Assembly (NCBI RefSeq): GCF_018977255.1
Contig: NW_024704742.1
Coordinates: 113,338,001 to 113,402,000 of the forward strand
Origin: Callorhinchus milii
Lineage: Eukaryota
Direction: 5' to 3'
Length of the DNA: 64,000 nucleotides
Below the pieces are notes generated by a model that had not been told where the DNA came from, ran no database searches, and was given only the letters and a program-made list of their open reading frames with translations. Shown here one piece after another: positions 13,901-26,265 of this stretch. Numbering within the stretch: position 1 is the first letter of the stretch; each line of letters starts with the position of its first letter. A program made the position numbers and the translations under genes.

Positions 13901-14589
13901 TTCCTGAAACTATTTGCTGCATTTCTTTGAGGATTTTAGGATGCATCCCATCCAGGCAGGTTGCCCTATTGTTTTATAAATATTTTTGTCCTGCTTAACA
14001 GCTACCTGTTATGTATAATGTTGCAACACAGAAACAAATCATTCGGCCCAACCAGTCTGTGCTTATACTCCACGTCTGCCTCTACCCCATGTACCCCTCT
14101 TTCAGTTGTTCCACTTGTCTATTCTTTTGGCTGACCAGTTAGCAGTTCCTTTTAGCAGTTTGAATTAATAGATGCTCTACTCTGGGACCCAGTGAGGAAT
14201 CTGGTGTTACATTGCAGATGAGCAGCCCTTTAGATTCCATTCCTCACTATCAGTGATGTATCACCTGGAGCCTTATCAAAGGTCAAAAGTTTACTGTCCT
14301 TCTAATCACATTCCTGTTAAGGATTCTCAGTTGTTCAGTAACAGATGTTCATTCCACTTTCCAATACATTGCTGGTATGTACAATACAATTTTCACAGCA
14401 TGTTTCACATCAGGAGGATGCCTTAAAGCACTTGACAATGCTGGATGGGCACCCAGGCTGGGGGTGCAAGTGAAGGGAGGTGGCGAGGGGAAAGATGACC
14501 AAAAGCATAGTCAAATAAGTATCTTTTGACATGTGCTTTGAACAACGGGAGAGAGGCAGCAAGGTATATGTTTTTGAGGGATCCAATTG

Positions 14590-15018
14590 ACCAATGTCAG
14601 TATTGTATTTGCACCATCACAGTGAATAACCACAGTTGTAGAATATGAATTTCCAAGTTTGCTGGTGATACTAAGTTTGGAAAAGTAGTAAACAGTGAGG
14701 AGGATAGTAGCAAACTGCAAGAGGACATGGACAGACTGGTAACATGGGCAGACACAGATAAAGTTTAATGTGGAGAAATGCAAAGTGATGCATTTTGGGA
14801 GGAAGAATGAGGAGAGGTAAAATAAACTGATGGTACAATCTGAAAGATGGTGAAGGAATAGAGAGACCTGGGGGTTCATACAAGTAAATCTTTGAAGGTG
14901 GCAGGACAGGTAGAAAAAGCTGTTAAAAAAAGCATACAAGATATCAGGCTTTATAAATAGGGGCATAGAATACAAAAGTCAGGAAGTTATGATGAACCTT
15001 TATAAAACACTGGTTTGG
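14590..15018 (+). mobile_element. Older CR1 RT fragment
   Basis: Degenerate SKFA(D)DTKLG, FNVEKCKVMHFG, RDLGV and IEYKS..VM..LYKTLV motifs. Confidence 0.85.
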
Positions 15019-15093
15019 GGTCCACAAAGTTTGTCAGCGCTTGGGACGTCCTCCCGACGTGAAAGGTGCTCTATAACTTTTGTTGTTGTCGTA

Positions 15094-15180
15094 GATCCAA
15101 AACGTTGACTCACTTTCCTTTCTCCATAGATGCTGCCTGACCTGCTGAGTGTTCCCAGCGACTTCTGTTTTTGTTCCAGA
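15094..15180 (+). mobile_element. Penelope-like terminal-repeat fragment
   Basis: Matches the right arm at ~62862-62943. Confidence 0.7.
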
Positions 15181-17784
15181 GCAAGCGGTAACCAGGAAAC
15201 ATCACGCTTATCTTAACAGAACAACAGAAGGTTTCAAGGAGTGGCAAATAGATTGTAATGTAAACAAATGCAAGATAACGTGTATTGAGACAGAGTGTGG
15301 TTAAATTAAAGGGATTTCCATTCACAGAGTTAAAGAAGGGGAGAAAGATGTGGGTTTGATTATTTGTGAAGATTCTCAGTTTATGTAATGCTTTTATCAA
15401 AAAATGGGACAAATATTAATTTGGATTTTGAGACCATGTCTAAAAGATTCTAGAGTTATTCTCATTTTGTACAGATTGCTGCGGAGGTTGCATTTTAAAT
15501 ATTGTGGGCAGCTCCTAGCTTCAAAGGACATTGAAATTCTGGACAAAGGGATAAACAAAGAGCAAAAAGCACAATCCTAAAACTTTCAGAAATAAGAAAA
15601 ATCTCCTGGAGCTGAATCTGTTCCCCTTGCAAACAGAAACCTCATCCAGTAGAGCGTAAATGAGCTTCAGACTGCAGATCTTACAATCACTCAAATGCAA
15701 GGATTATTATTAGTAGTAGTAGTAGTACAGTTAGCCTAGATACATTTCCCAAGAGGCATTCTAACAGAAAAGCAGATAACACGAAAAGGGGACATCCTAA
15801 AACTGTATCCCCCATCATCTCCAGGCATATCCATGTATTTGGTAGAAATTCTAGCTGGGTCTAGATTTACTTCATTAATGCAGCATTTCAGAAAGTACCA
15901 ATTTGGTAAATTCTTAAACACGACCCTAATTTTCAATCCCATTTTCAGTGAATTCTTTTAAGAACTGTAGAAAATCGACTTCAACAATTTGCTACATTGC
16001 GGATGTTCTAAAATAGAGTAAATGTAGATTCAGATGGAATTTTACCCCATATGTATACGTATAAGTAATATCAGCACCTCAATAATGTCATCCTTGCGTT
16101 TGTTTTAAGCATCTCTTCATTGTCATCAAAATGCTTCTTAAGATGTTACCATAAAGTATAGTGACTATATATCTATGACTATCAAATGCAGCAGCCATTG
16201 TGTCTGTGCCAGCTCCCTCAAGAGCAATCCTTTCAGTCCAATTTACAATGAATTATGAACTATTACTATGAATTGAATGATCAATTTAATTTCAAGAATT
16301 ATTAGCGAGGACATTGAGAGAAACTCCTTTCTCTTTTCAAATAGTACAACGGGATCTTTGATGTCTACCTGAATAAGCAGATATATTTTAATGTAATGAC
16401 TGATCTGAAATACAGCATCTCCAGTATTGCAATGGTCTCTAGCTCTGTACTGGCAAGTCAACCTATGAGTTCAAAGTCCTGACATGAAGATTGGAAGCTC
16501 AACCTTTTGATTCAGAGACAAGAGTACAACAATCTGAGATCAGGTTGTTATCTAATCTCAAGTAACTATTTTTGATCTATTATATAAAGCCACATGTAAA
16601 TGTTCACCTCATCTGGGTGCTATGTATCCAATGATAGAATTTTACTTTCCTCTCTAAGCTATTGGACAAGTCAATGAGGGAGTAGGTTTCCTGCACCCAG
16701 AAACATTTGTAAGGTGAGGTGATATTTGTACTCCCACATTAATGGAGACTGAATCCGTTTACCTTTCAGACACATCACATGACTTGCAACATCCCTGCAT
16801 CAAGATTCTGCAATAATAATGATAATAATAATCCCTGCACTTGGTATAGCGCCTTAGCATGTCGGAAGGAAGTCTCAAAGCACTTCACAGGATTTACTTT
16901 AAAATGGAGTCACTGTGTATTTGTAGACGAATGAGGCAGCTAATTGAGCATAGTAATGTTCTGCAAGCAGCTATGAAACAAATTATCAACTTTATTTGGG
17001 GGATTGTTGGTCAGGACATTGAGAGAGAAAAACTCCCTTCTCTTTTCGAATAGCGCCATGGGATCTTTAACGTCCACCTGAACAGGCAGACGGGACCTCT
17101 TCCGTTTAATGTCTTCTTACAACAGTTTAAGACTAGAAACAGTAACCGATGTTACCAGTTACCTCCAGGATTTTTTTTTGTTTTGCTCCATCACTATCCT
17201 GTCTCAATAGTTTTTTCCCTCTTAAACAGTGTTCAATGTGTTCCCCTCATGCTCTGCCCCACTGATATACATCCAAGGATGTTTTACCTATATGTCCCCT
17301 TCATTCTGAATCATGGGGTAATTAACAGCAAGGAATTGCCTCAAATTGGATAACAAGACCACAAATAGGTTTAAAGCAAAGTAATGGGAAGCAATCACAT
17401 AAAAGTAATTGGAAAGTAAATCACTTGACAAACTGGTGAAAAAGCAAAATAAATGGTAGCTTAGACATGTTTCCACTGTCTTAATTATCTTATTAATTTC
17501 ACAGATCAGATATTTCCCTTCAAAGCTCCTGATTCTCTTTTAACAGTCCTCTTAGTGCTTTCATTGGGCAATCTGCCCTCAGACCTCCTGTGATAACGTC
17601 AAACATAAAGGTTTGCTTGTGAAATTAATGCAGTAAAAAACAAATTACTTTCTCCTGCATTTTACATTTTAGGACGATCAGGTGAGTTTGGGTTACAAAA
17701 GTCCTTCAACCCATTTGATTTCACCCATCCAGAATACCACCCTACCATTTTCCCAATGCAGCTGATAGCTTTCAGTTTTGACAG

Positions 17785-18113
17785 AAGGTGACTCAGAGGA
17801 GATCTCATAGAGGTGCATAACATTTTAAATGATTTTGAAAAAGTAAACCCAGATCAATACTTTAGGATGTTTCATGACAATAGAACAAGAGGACATAGTT
17901 TAGAGTTGTAAATTACAATTTCAGGACAGAGACCAGGACGTTTTTTTATACACAGAGGTGATCAACTGCTAGAACAGGTTGCCAGTAAATGTGGTGGAGG
18001 ACACGAGACATTTAAAAAACAGTTTAATGCAGTGATCCGGGACGACGGGGTGGATGTTCTGAAGGGATGAGATCAGATGAGCTGAAGGGCCTTCTTCATC
18101 CAAGCCAACCTTG
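17785..18113 (+). mobile_element. Older CR1 3' fragment that hosts the full-length CR1 insertion
   Basis: Degenerate RGDLIE, TRGH and FFT.RV motifs and a CR1-type 3' UTR. The tail appears to resume after 22262 (tgatcttg). Confidence 0.75.
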
Positions 18114-18252
18114 GATGAAGAGCCCAGAGTGAGCTACGTCCGGAGTGAGGCGAGGCCAGAGTGTGAGGGAATTTGGTGAGAGTGGGAATTAGGTGCAGAG
18201 GGGGAAGTGGGGGCAGGCTATATATCTTTGTATCTATATAAAGTTTGTGAAG

Positions 18253-19184
18253 ATGGTGTGGCAGGTAAACTGTGAGGTCTGTCACATGTGGGAGTCAATG
18301 GAGGGCGCCTTAAGTCCGGGCGAGTTCGTCTGCCGCAAGTGTCTGGAAATCAGAGAGCTCCAGCTGAGAGTAGCTGAGCTGGAGTCTCAGGTGGAGACGC
18401 TGCGCAGCATTAGGGATGGAGAAAACTTCCTGGACAGCTTTATCCTGGAGCCAGACACTCCCCTGAGTCCCAAGGAAGAAGAATATAGCAGTGATGGACA
18501 TGACTGGGTGACAGTCAGGCGGGCAGGCAAGCGTTCCCGAAAGGGGGGGCTGAAGAATCCCCGACTTTAGCCTTGTCTGACAGGTATGAAATATTGGCAA
18601 CCTGTGTGGACAAGGAAATCTGCGAGGAAGACCGGCAAACTGACCCCAACACCCCTGTGCAGGAGTTTAAAAATGTAATTCTTATTGGGGATGAGATAGT
18701 CGGGAGGACTGATACAGTTTTTTGTAGCCGTAGCAGGGAGACAAGAAGACTCTGTTGTCTTCCTGGAGCCAGGGTGAAGGATGTCACCGCTGGGCTGGAG
18801 ATAAATTTGAGGCATGAGGGAGAGGATCCAATCGTAATGGCATATATAGGGACCAATGATATTGGTAGGACCAGTAGGGACGAGTTAAGGAGCGAGTTCC
18901 GGGAATTGGGAATTAAACTAAGGAATAGAACTTCCAAAGTGATGATATCGGGACTGTTACCTGAGCCAGGAGCTAATTGGTACAGGCAAAAGAAGATCAT
19001 AGATCTGAATGCCTGGCTAAAAGAGTGGTGCGGAGAGCAGGAATTCCAATTCATGGGCCACTGGCACGAGTATTGGGGAAGATGGGAGCTTTTCCAAAGG
19101 AATGGGCTCCACCTAAATAGGGCTGGGACAAATGTCCTGGGTATGCGAATAAATAGGGAGGTAGAAAGAGCTTTAAACTACTAA
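18253..19184 (+). pseudogene. CR1 ORF1 (zinc finger/leucine zipper + esterase-like domain), one frameshift
   Basis: Track ORFs 18193-18570 and 18573-19184 join across a frameshift at the G-run near 18543. Motifs CEVC..CRKC, GDE(S)IV, CCLPGA, GTND, GLHL. Confidence 0.9.
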
Positions 19185-19230
19185 GGGGGGAGGTAAAAAC
19201 ATAGTAAAGTATAGTCCACCACAGTTAAAC

Positions 19231-22160
19231 TTGAGATCAACAAAAGCAAGAGAGCAGATTAACAAGGGAGAAGAGCAAAGTGTGTCAAGCAGGGAAAGGA
19301 AGTACAGTGATAGAGTGCTGGTGAATAGGGTTAATAGCCGGAAGTCAGAATTAAGGGCGCTATATCTGAATGCACGAAGCATTCGTAACAAGATAGATGA
19401 ATTAGTTGCACAAATAGAGACAAACCGGTATGATCTAGTAGCCATCACCGAGACATGGTTACAGGGTGATCAGGGATGGGAACTGAATATTCCCGGCTAC
19501 GTGGTATATAGGAAAGATAGGCGATGTGGTAAACGAGGAGGGGGAGTGGCCCTGCTAATAAAGGATGGGATAAAAACAGTAGAGAGGAAAGATTTTAAAT
19601 CTGAAAAGCAAGATGTAGAGTCAGTATGGGTAGAGATACGTAACTTCAAGGGGCAAAAAACTATAGTGGGAGTAGTTTATAGACCCCCAAACAGTGGTCA
19701 AAGTATCGCTCAAGGTATAAATCAAGAGATTAGTGGAGCATGTAGCAAAGGAAAGACACTAATTGTGGGTGATTTTAACCTGCACATAGACTGGGACAAC
19801 CAAATTGGGAAAGGTAACATAGAAGAGGAGTTTATAAAATGTATTAGAGATAATTTATAGATCAATATGCTGAGGAGCCGACCAGGGAACAAGCCATATT
19901 AGACCTTGTTTTGTGTAATGAAACAGGGCTGATCAGCAAACTGGAACTTAAGGCTCCTCTAGGGCAAAGCGATCATAATATGATGGAATTTAGCGTTAAG
20001 TTAGAGAGGGAAGTAGTTAAGTCTGAAGCAAAAGTCTTCAATTTAAATCGAGCCAACTTTGCTGGTATGAGAGAGGATTTAGCCAGAATAAACTGGGAGA
20101 CTAAACTTAAAGATTTGACGGTAGACCAGCAATGGCAGACATTCAAGGAGATAGTGCAAAATTCCCAACGAGCACATATTCCTTTGAGGAATAAGAATGC
20201 CATGGGAAAGGTGGTGCAGCCATGGCTAACTAGAGCAGTTAGGGAAAGTATCAAATCAAAAGAAAAAGCCTATAAAACAGCAAAGATGAGTAGTAAACCC
20301 GAGGATTGGGAAAACTTTAGGGAACAACAGAGGAGGACCAAAAAATTGATCAAGAGGGAGAAAATAGATTACGAGGGCAAACTAGCAAAGAACATAAAAA
20401 CAGACTCCAAGAGTTTTTACAAATATATAAAGAGGAAAAGGCTAGCGAGGGTGAATGTGGGTCCATTACAGGCAGAGACCGGAGGAATTATAATAGGGGA
20501 CAAAGACATGGCAGAGTCATTAAACAAGTATTTTTCTACAGTCTTCACCGTAGAAGACACTGGAAACATACCAAAAATAGAGGACCAAGAAGACAATGTT
20601 AGCGAGCAACTTAGGGAGATTAACATTAGTAAAGAGATGGTTCTAGGTAAATTGTCGGGTCTTAAAACCGATAAATCCCCTGGACCGGATGGCCTGCATC
20701 CGAGAGTTTTAAAGGAGGTGGCTACTGAGATAGTGGATGGCATGTCTATAATCTTCCAAAAGTCTGTGGATACTGGAAAAGTTCCCATTGATTGGAAGAT
20801 TGCAAACGTAACTCCACTATTTAAGAAGGGTGGGAGAGAAAATAGGGAAAACTATAGACCAGTTAGTTTGACGTCAGTTGTAGGGAAAATTCTTGAGTCC
20901 TTAATAAAAGACGTAGTTATGGGATACCTGGAAGACCATAAAAAGATTAGGCAGAGTCAACATGGCTTTACAAAAGGGAAGTCATGCTTGACTAACCTTT
21001 TAGAATTTTTTGAGGATGTATCCAGCAGGTTGGATAAGGGGGAACCAGTAGATGTGGTATATTTGGATTTTAGGAAGGCATTTGACAAGGTGCCACACAA
21101 AAGGCTGTTACTCAAGATCAAGGCCCACGGGATTAATGGGAAAATATTAACATGGATAGAAGAGTGGCTATCGGGTAGAAAGCAGAGAGTAGTGATAAAC
21201 GGATCATTCTCGAATTGGCAGGATGTAACTAGTGGAGTGCCACAAGGATCAGTGCTTGGGCCTCAGCTATTTACCATTTACATCAATGATCTGGACGAGG
21301 ACATTGAATGTAATGTGTCTAAATTCGCGGATGATACTAAACTAGGTAGCAGAGTGAGCTCTCAGGATGATGCAAAAAGATTGCAACAAGATATAGATAG
21401 GCTAGGGGAGTGGGCAAGTAGGTGGCAGATGGAATTCAATGTTAGCAAGTGTGAAATTATTCACCTTGGTAGCAAGAATAAAAGAACAGATTATTTTCTG
21501 GAAGGGGAGAAGTTAGATAGTGTTAGTATTCAAAGGGATTTGGGTGTCCTTGTACACCAGTCCCAAAAAGTTAGTTTGCAGGTGCAGCAGCAACTAAGAA
21601 GGCGAACGGCATGTTAGCGTTCATTTCGAAAGGTTTAGAATATAAGAGTAGGGAAGTCTTGCTGCAACTGTATAGGGCTTTGGTGAGACCGCACCTAGAG
21701 TATTGTGTGCAGTTTTGGTCTCCTTATTTAAAAAAGGACATACTTGCCCTAGAGGGGGTGCAGCGTAGATTCACTCGGTTAGTTCCTGGGATGAGGGGAC
21801 TGACCTATGAGGATAGGCTGAATAAACTAGGGCTGTATTCTCTAGAGTACAGAAGAATTAGGGGGATCTTATTGAAACTTATAAGATTCTTAAAGGGCTG
21901 ATAAAGTAGACACAGAGGGACTGTTTCCCCTGGTAGGAGAATCTATAACCAGGGGTCACAGTCTTAAAATTAAGGGTCAGCCTCTTAGAACAGAGTTGAG
22001 GAAACATTTCTTCACTCAGAGGGTAGTGAACTTATGGAATTCACTACCCCAGAAGGCTGTAGATGCTCAGTCCTTGAACATTTTCAAGGCTGAGACTGAT
22101 AGATTCTTGAAAAATAGAGGGATTAGGGGATATGGGGATAGGGCAGGTAATCAGAGTTAG
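19231..22160 (+). pseudogene. CR1 ORF2 (APE endonuclease + reverse transcriptase), three frameshifts
   Basis: Track ORFs 19231-19860, 19911-21617 and 21611-21901 are consecutive pieces in different frames. Breaks are near 19855, 21590 and 21865. Confidence 0.93.
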
Positions 22161-22384
22161 GTGAGAAGATCAGCCATGATCTTATTGAATGGCGGAGCAG
22201 GCACGAAGGGCCGAATGGCCTACTCCTGCTCCTAATTCTTATGTTCTTATGTTCTAACCTTGTGATCTTGTTTGTTAAATGAATCTTGATTTCAACCACC
22301 CTTCCTGGTAACCCATGTCGATTGCACCCTTGACAGAAAAATAGAGCATGTAGCTAACCGTGAAAAAAATTATCAGCAACTTCA

Positions 22385-23165
22385 GGAGGACACAGACAGA
22401 TGTTGGGCAGAGAAATGACAGATGAAATTTAATGCAGAAACATGTGAGGTTATACAGCTGGGAGAAAGAATAGGTGGAGCAAATATATGCAAAATAATAA
22501 CATTTTAAAGGGAGTAGAAGAGCAGAGGGGTTAGCATGCATAAACTTTAGTCCAAACTGTGAAAAAGTATAAAACTATGTTTTATAAATAGGATCATAGA
22601 TTATAAAACCAAATATGTGATGTTTAACCTGTATACATCATTAATTAAACTGCAGATAGAATATTTTGTCCAGGTTTGGTCACCTTACTATAGAAAGGAT
22701 GTCAGGGCGATAAAGAGAGTGTAGTGGAGATTTACTGGCGTGATACCAGCAATGGGTTTTTTGATTTATGAACAGAGACTGAAAAAATTGGACATGTTTT
22801 CATTGGAACAGTGGTTGAATAGAGATCATAAAGAAATCTGTAAAATTCTGAGGAGTTTTGATAGAGTGGGGAGAAATTATTTCCACTGTTTGGTAAATCT
22901 GACGAGAGGGCATCAAATTAAAATAATTAGCTAATTTCCAAAGGGGGAGATTAGGAAGAATTTTTTTACACAGTTGTTAGTATGTGGAATGCACTATAAG
23001 ATGTAGTAATCAAGATAGAATCCATGTTAACTTAAAAAAGTAAGCTGCAGAAGTATGGGAAAAAGGTAGGTAAATAGGATTAGATGTATTGTGCTTTTGA
23101 TGAGCTAGTACAGACAAGATGGGTCAAATGGCCTTCTGTTCAGTAAGATTCTTTGCTTCTGTGTT
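22385..23165 (+). mobile_element. Older, decayed CR1 3' fragment
   Basis: Degenerate WQMKFNAE.CEV, LEY.VQ.WSP and TRGH motifs, and 3' UTR gatgggtcaaatggcc. Confidence 0.8.
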
Positions 23166-25643
23166 AAGAAATATTTATTTATGTCTTTTCTAAAGTTGCC
23201 TATTGCAACCATGAACCTCTGCCTTTTGGTTCTGTGGCCTTGATGTATCTGAAAATATAAATGTGTCCTTCAAGGATATCAAGTTGAAATTGCTTCTGTA
23301 AGTCACTGAATAAATGTGGAAAAATGCTGAAATGCTAAGATGGGTAAGGAAGCTTTTCTATCACATCTGAATTCCAGTTGAAACTCAGTGAAAAGATGAA
23401 GAAAAATTGAAATTAGAGGCTTACTCTCTGCTGGCATTTGTGATTGCATAGCAAGTGTAATCAGTTCTATAAAAGGCATAATTCAAAAATCATTTCAGCA
23501 CTTCTGAGAGACATTTCTTTAAAATCCAATTAGGCCCAAACCTTCTGTGCCCTTAGGTTCATTTTTTTTAAAATAGTTTTCTTTAGCCCAATTCTGTGTT
23601 TCACCTGCCTGCTCCACAGATTCTCTGTTTCACTTTAAGCCTGTTTTTTTTGACTAATTGCTTTCATCATCCGGTCCTTTGGGTCTCAGATGTAACTCTC
23701 AGCTTTTGTATTTCTCAGTAATTGCCCCATTTCATCAACTGCAGTTATTTCTCCAGTTTCACTAACATTGCACTTTTTATCTCCTCAATCACTTTTGAGA
23801 TTAGAACCTGCCCTAGTTCATCTTGCAAAAGAGATTACAAAAGGAATTTGTGTGAAGGCTATTCAGCCTATTTGAGCCTCATCTTTCTAGGGTATACACC
23901 CAATTTTTTTAATGGAGAATCAAGATATTTCTTAAATGAGCCTTGTATCCTGGCCTCTACCACCCTTCATGGAAGTTGTCAAGCTATTGATCACCATTCA
24001 GGTAAAAATGCCTTCTGGTATCTATCCTGAAATTGCCCTGTTAATCCAAACCTGCGCTCTCTTGGCCAGCTGAGTTAGCTGTTGTAAACTTTCTGAGTTC
24101 ACTTTCTCTATCCAATTTCACATTATTTGTAGAAACATTGAGGAAGGATAAGGGACATTTTTTCTATTTTAGGTAAGTCTCTTATCTTATCATATTGTCT
24201 GAAACTCCCTTCCCACAGTTTAATCTCTCTACTGATTACTTTCTATTACTACTTCCTGTATTCCATGCTTTTGCCTGAAATTAGACTGAAGAGAATTGAT
24301 AGTTTCATTGGTGCAGATGCATCACATGAACACCTCATCCAAATTGTTCCTGATCTTAAAACCTATGACCCACTTCTGTGTTCAGTCCTTAATCGTTCCA
24401 TTTGTTCACGTAAGAAGCTGGTGAGGGATGACCATCTGCTGTGATTGTTTTGGGCAACTTTGTGGTACAGTCTATTGGTGTGTTGTGCCACACAGTGGTA
24501 GGTCATGGATTGACACCTACAATTATTTCATATGGAGAGTACTTGAAGCTTTCTTGGAAAAGTCCAAAGGGCAAGGCACCTTCCAGCAATCAGTTATAAT
24601 ATGGCCTCTGTCTGTCCTCTCAGTCGGTAAATGGACATAAAAATAGAAAACCAAAATAAGTATGTTTATTTTCCTCATCGAGGCCTTAACATTATCTCTG
24701 AACAATGTACCACCATTCCAGCAATAACAGAAATATTGCCAGTGTCTAATGTTTATGATGGAATAGTTTAGATACACTGCAAATAAAGGCCATCAATACA
24801 TTATTGAATGTTCTCAGAAATGTTACTAATGCCATTCATCATCGTCAGTGACTATCACTGTGGCAGGATTCTTGTCGCTATAAATGATTATGTATAAGAA
24901 AGTAAGGAATGAGAAATGATTATTGAGTCCATCAAGTCTACTCCTTTTGAACAAGTTATCTATAGTTTATACCATCTCCTCTGAGAGGCAAGTAAACACC
25001 GGGAAGATGTCCAAGAAGACTCATGATCTCAGAAGTAATCCAGTTAAGTATTCCAAGATATTAGTCCGAGATTACTCAATCCTGATTTGCGATCATGATA
25101 GGAACCATGGTCTATAATAGAGTATTTAATCATTCAATAATTGTACTATAAATTCTCAGTTCAGATATTTTCCAGCTCTCTTTGAATTAAGTTAATTAGC
25201 ATATTAGCAAAACCTATTAAAATTGATACGTTGCTCTTGTAGCAGTGGAAGCAGATTGTATCAGAAAATTCAAGAAGAAATTACAATATGTAGCCATTTG
25301 TTGTCAATTGAGTGGTATAAGAGATATGGTGTAAGAAAAAAAATCGTTTGATTCTCCCAGTTTGCTTAAGACTTGGTCATTTTTGTATCCATGACTACTA
25401 GTGCTACAATCACAATGTGTTCCAAAAACTTGCCTTTATCCATATTATTCCTGCTGTTTAATATTTTAAAGACCTGCACCATAACCTGAATCATTCCTCC
25501 CTCAAGAGAAGTTGAAGTCCCTCCCCATTCGAACTCTAACCAAAGCCAAAAATCATGTTTTCTCCATAACTTGTTTATACCGGAGCATATCAATAATTTA
25601 GGGTATTAACTTTTAAATATTCTGTTGTTAGTTTATATTATTA

Positions 25644-26265
25644 CTAGCTGTACCCGTTGCAACTACGCTTGCAACCAAAGGATCCAATATGGAATGTAGA
25701 TTTCAGTGATACAACTCACAAACCATTTAACACGCCGTAAACACTGTGTGTGCACCTTAAGCAATATTGCCATACATGTGTGTTGAGCTCATGAAAGATA
25801 AAAGATCCTATCAAAGGGTTATCGCTCATGAACATTAGAAGATCTTATCAAAGCTACGCTAACCAAAGGGGTTTACTGTGTGATCCGGCAGGTCCTCCAG
25901 TTATTGCAATGTAGCTGTGCCACCAAGTGTAACTGCAGTGCGTGCTGTGTGTTTGTGCGTGTGAGCGTGCATACATACATATGTACTCTGTGGTGCACAA
26001 TGCCACAGCGTCACTGGTAGTCAGTGCGACTACCAGGTGTAACAGCAGCCCAAAACGCAAAATGCAAAACTGCCATACATGTGTGATGAGCTTGTTTAGG
26101 TCATAACACATCAACCATGGGAGATCCCTGAAAATGATATGTGCATGACATTCCCAAATGCAAGGCTTTTCCGATGAGGTATAAGTCATGTCTCTACATC
26201 AATCAGTTCGGTTATTGAGATCTTGGCTGACACACAGACAAACATTGTCAATTTATTAGTACAGA
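25644..26265 (-). mobile_element. Non-autonomous Helitron
   Basis: The minus strand begins TCTGTACTAATAAA..gtttgtctgt and ends with hairpin GTTGCAA-gcgtag-TTGCAAC, then GGGTACAG-CTAG followed by T. These are canonical Helitron termini; no TIR or TSD. Confidence 0.72.

Larger units (their letters stand above)
18114..22255 (+). mobile_element. Near full-length CR1-clade LINE
   Basis: ORF1 has a CxxC...CxxC finger, coiled coil and SGNH-type esterase. ORF2 has an APE endonuclease (YLNARSI, ITETWL, GDFN, SDH) and RT ([14 protein letters not shown]). 3' tail is (TTCTTATG)n; target-site duplication AACCTTG at 18107-18113 and 22256-22262. Confidence 0.97.

Noticed and set aside
18515..20788. Minus-strand ORFs overlapping the CR1
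   Set aside because: Antisense shadows of ORF1 and ORF2.
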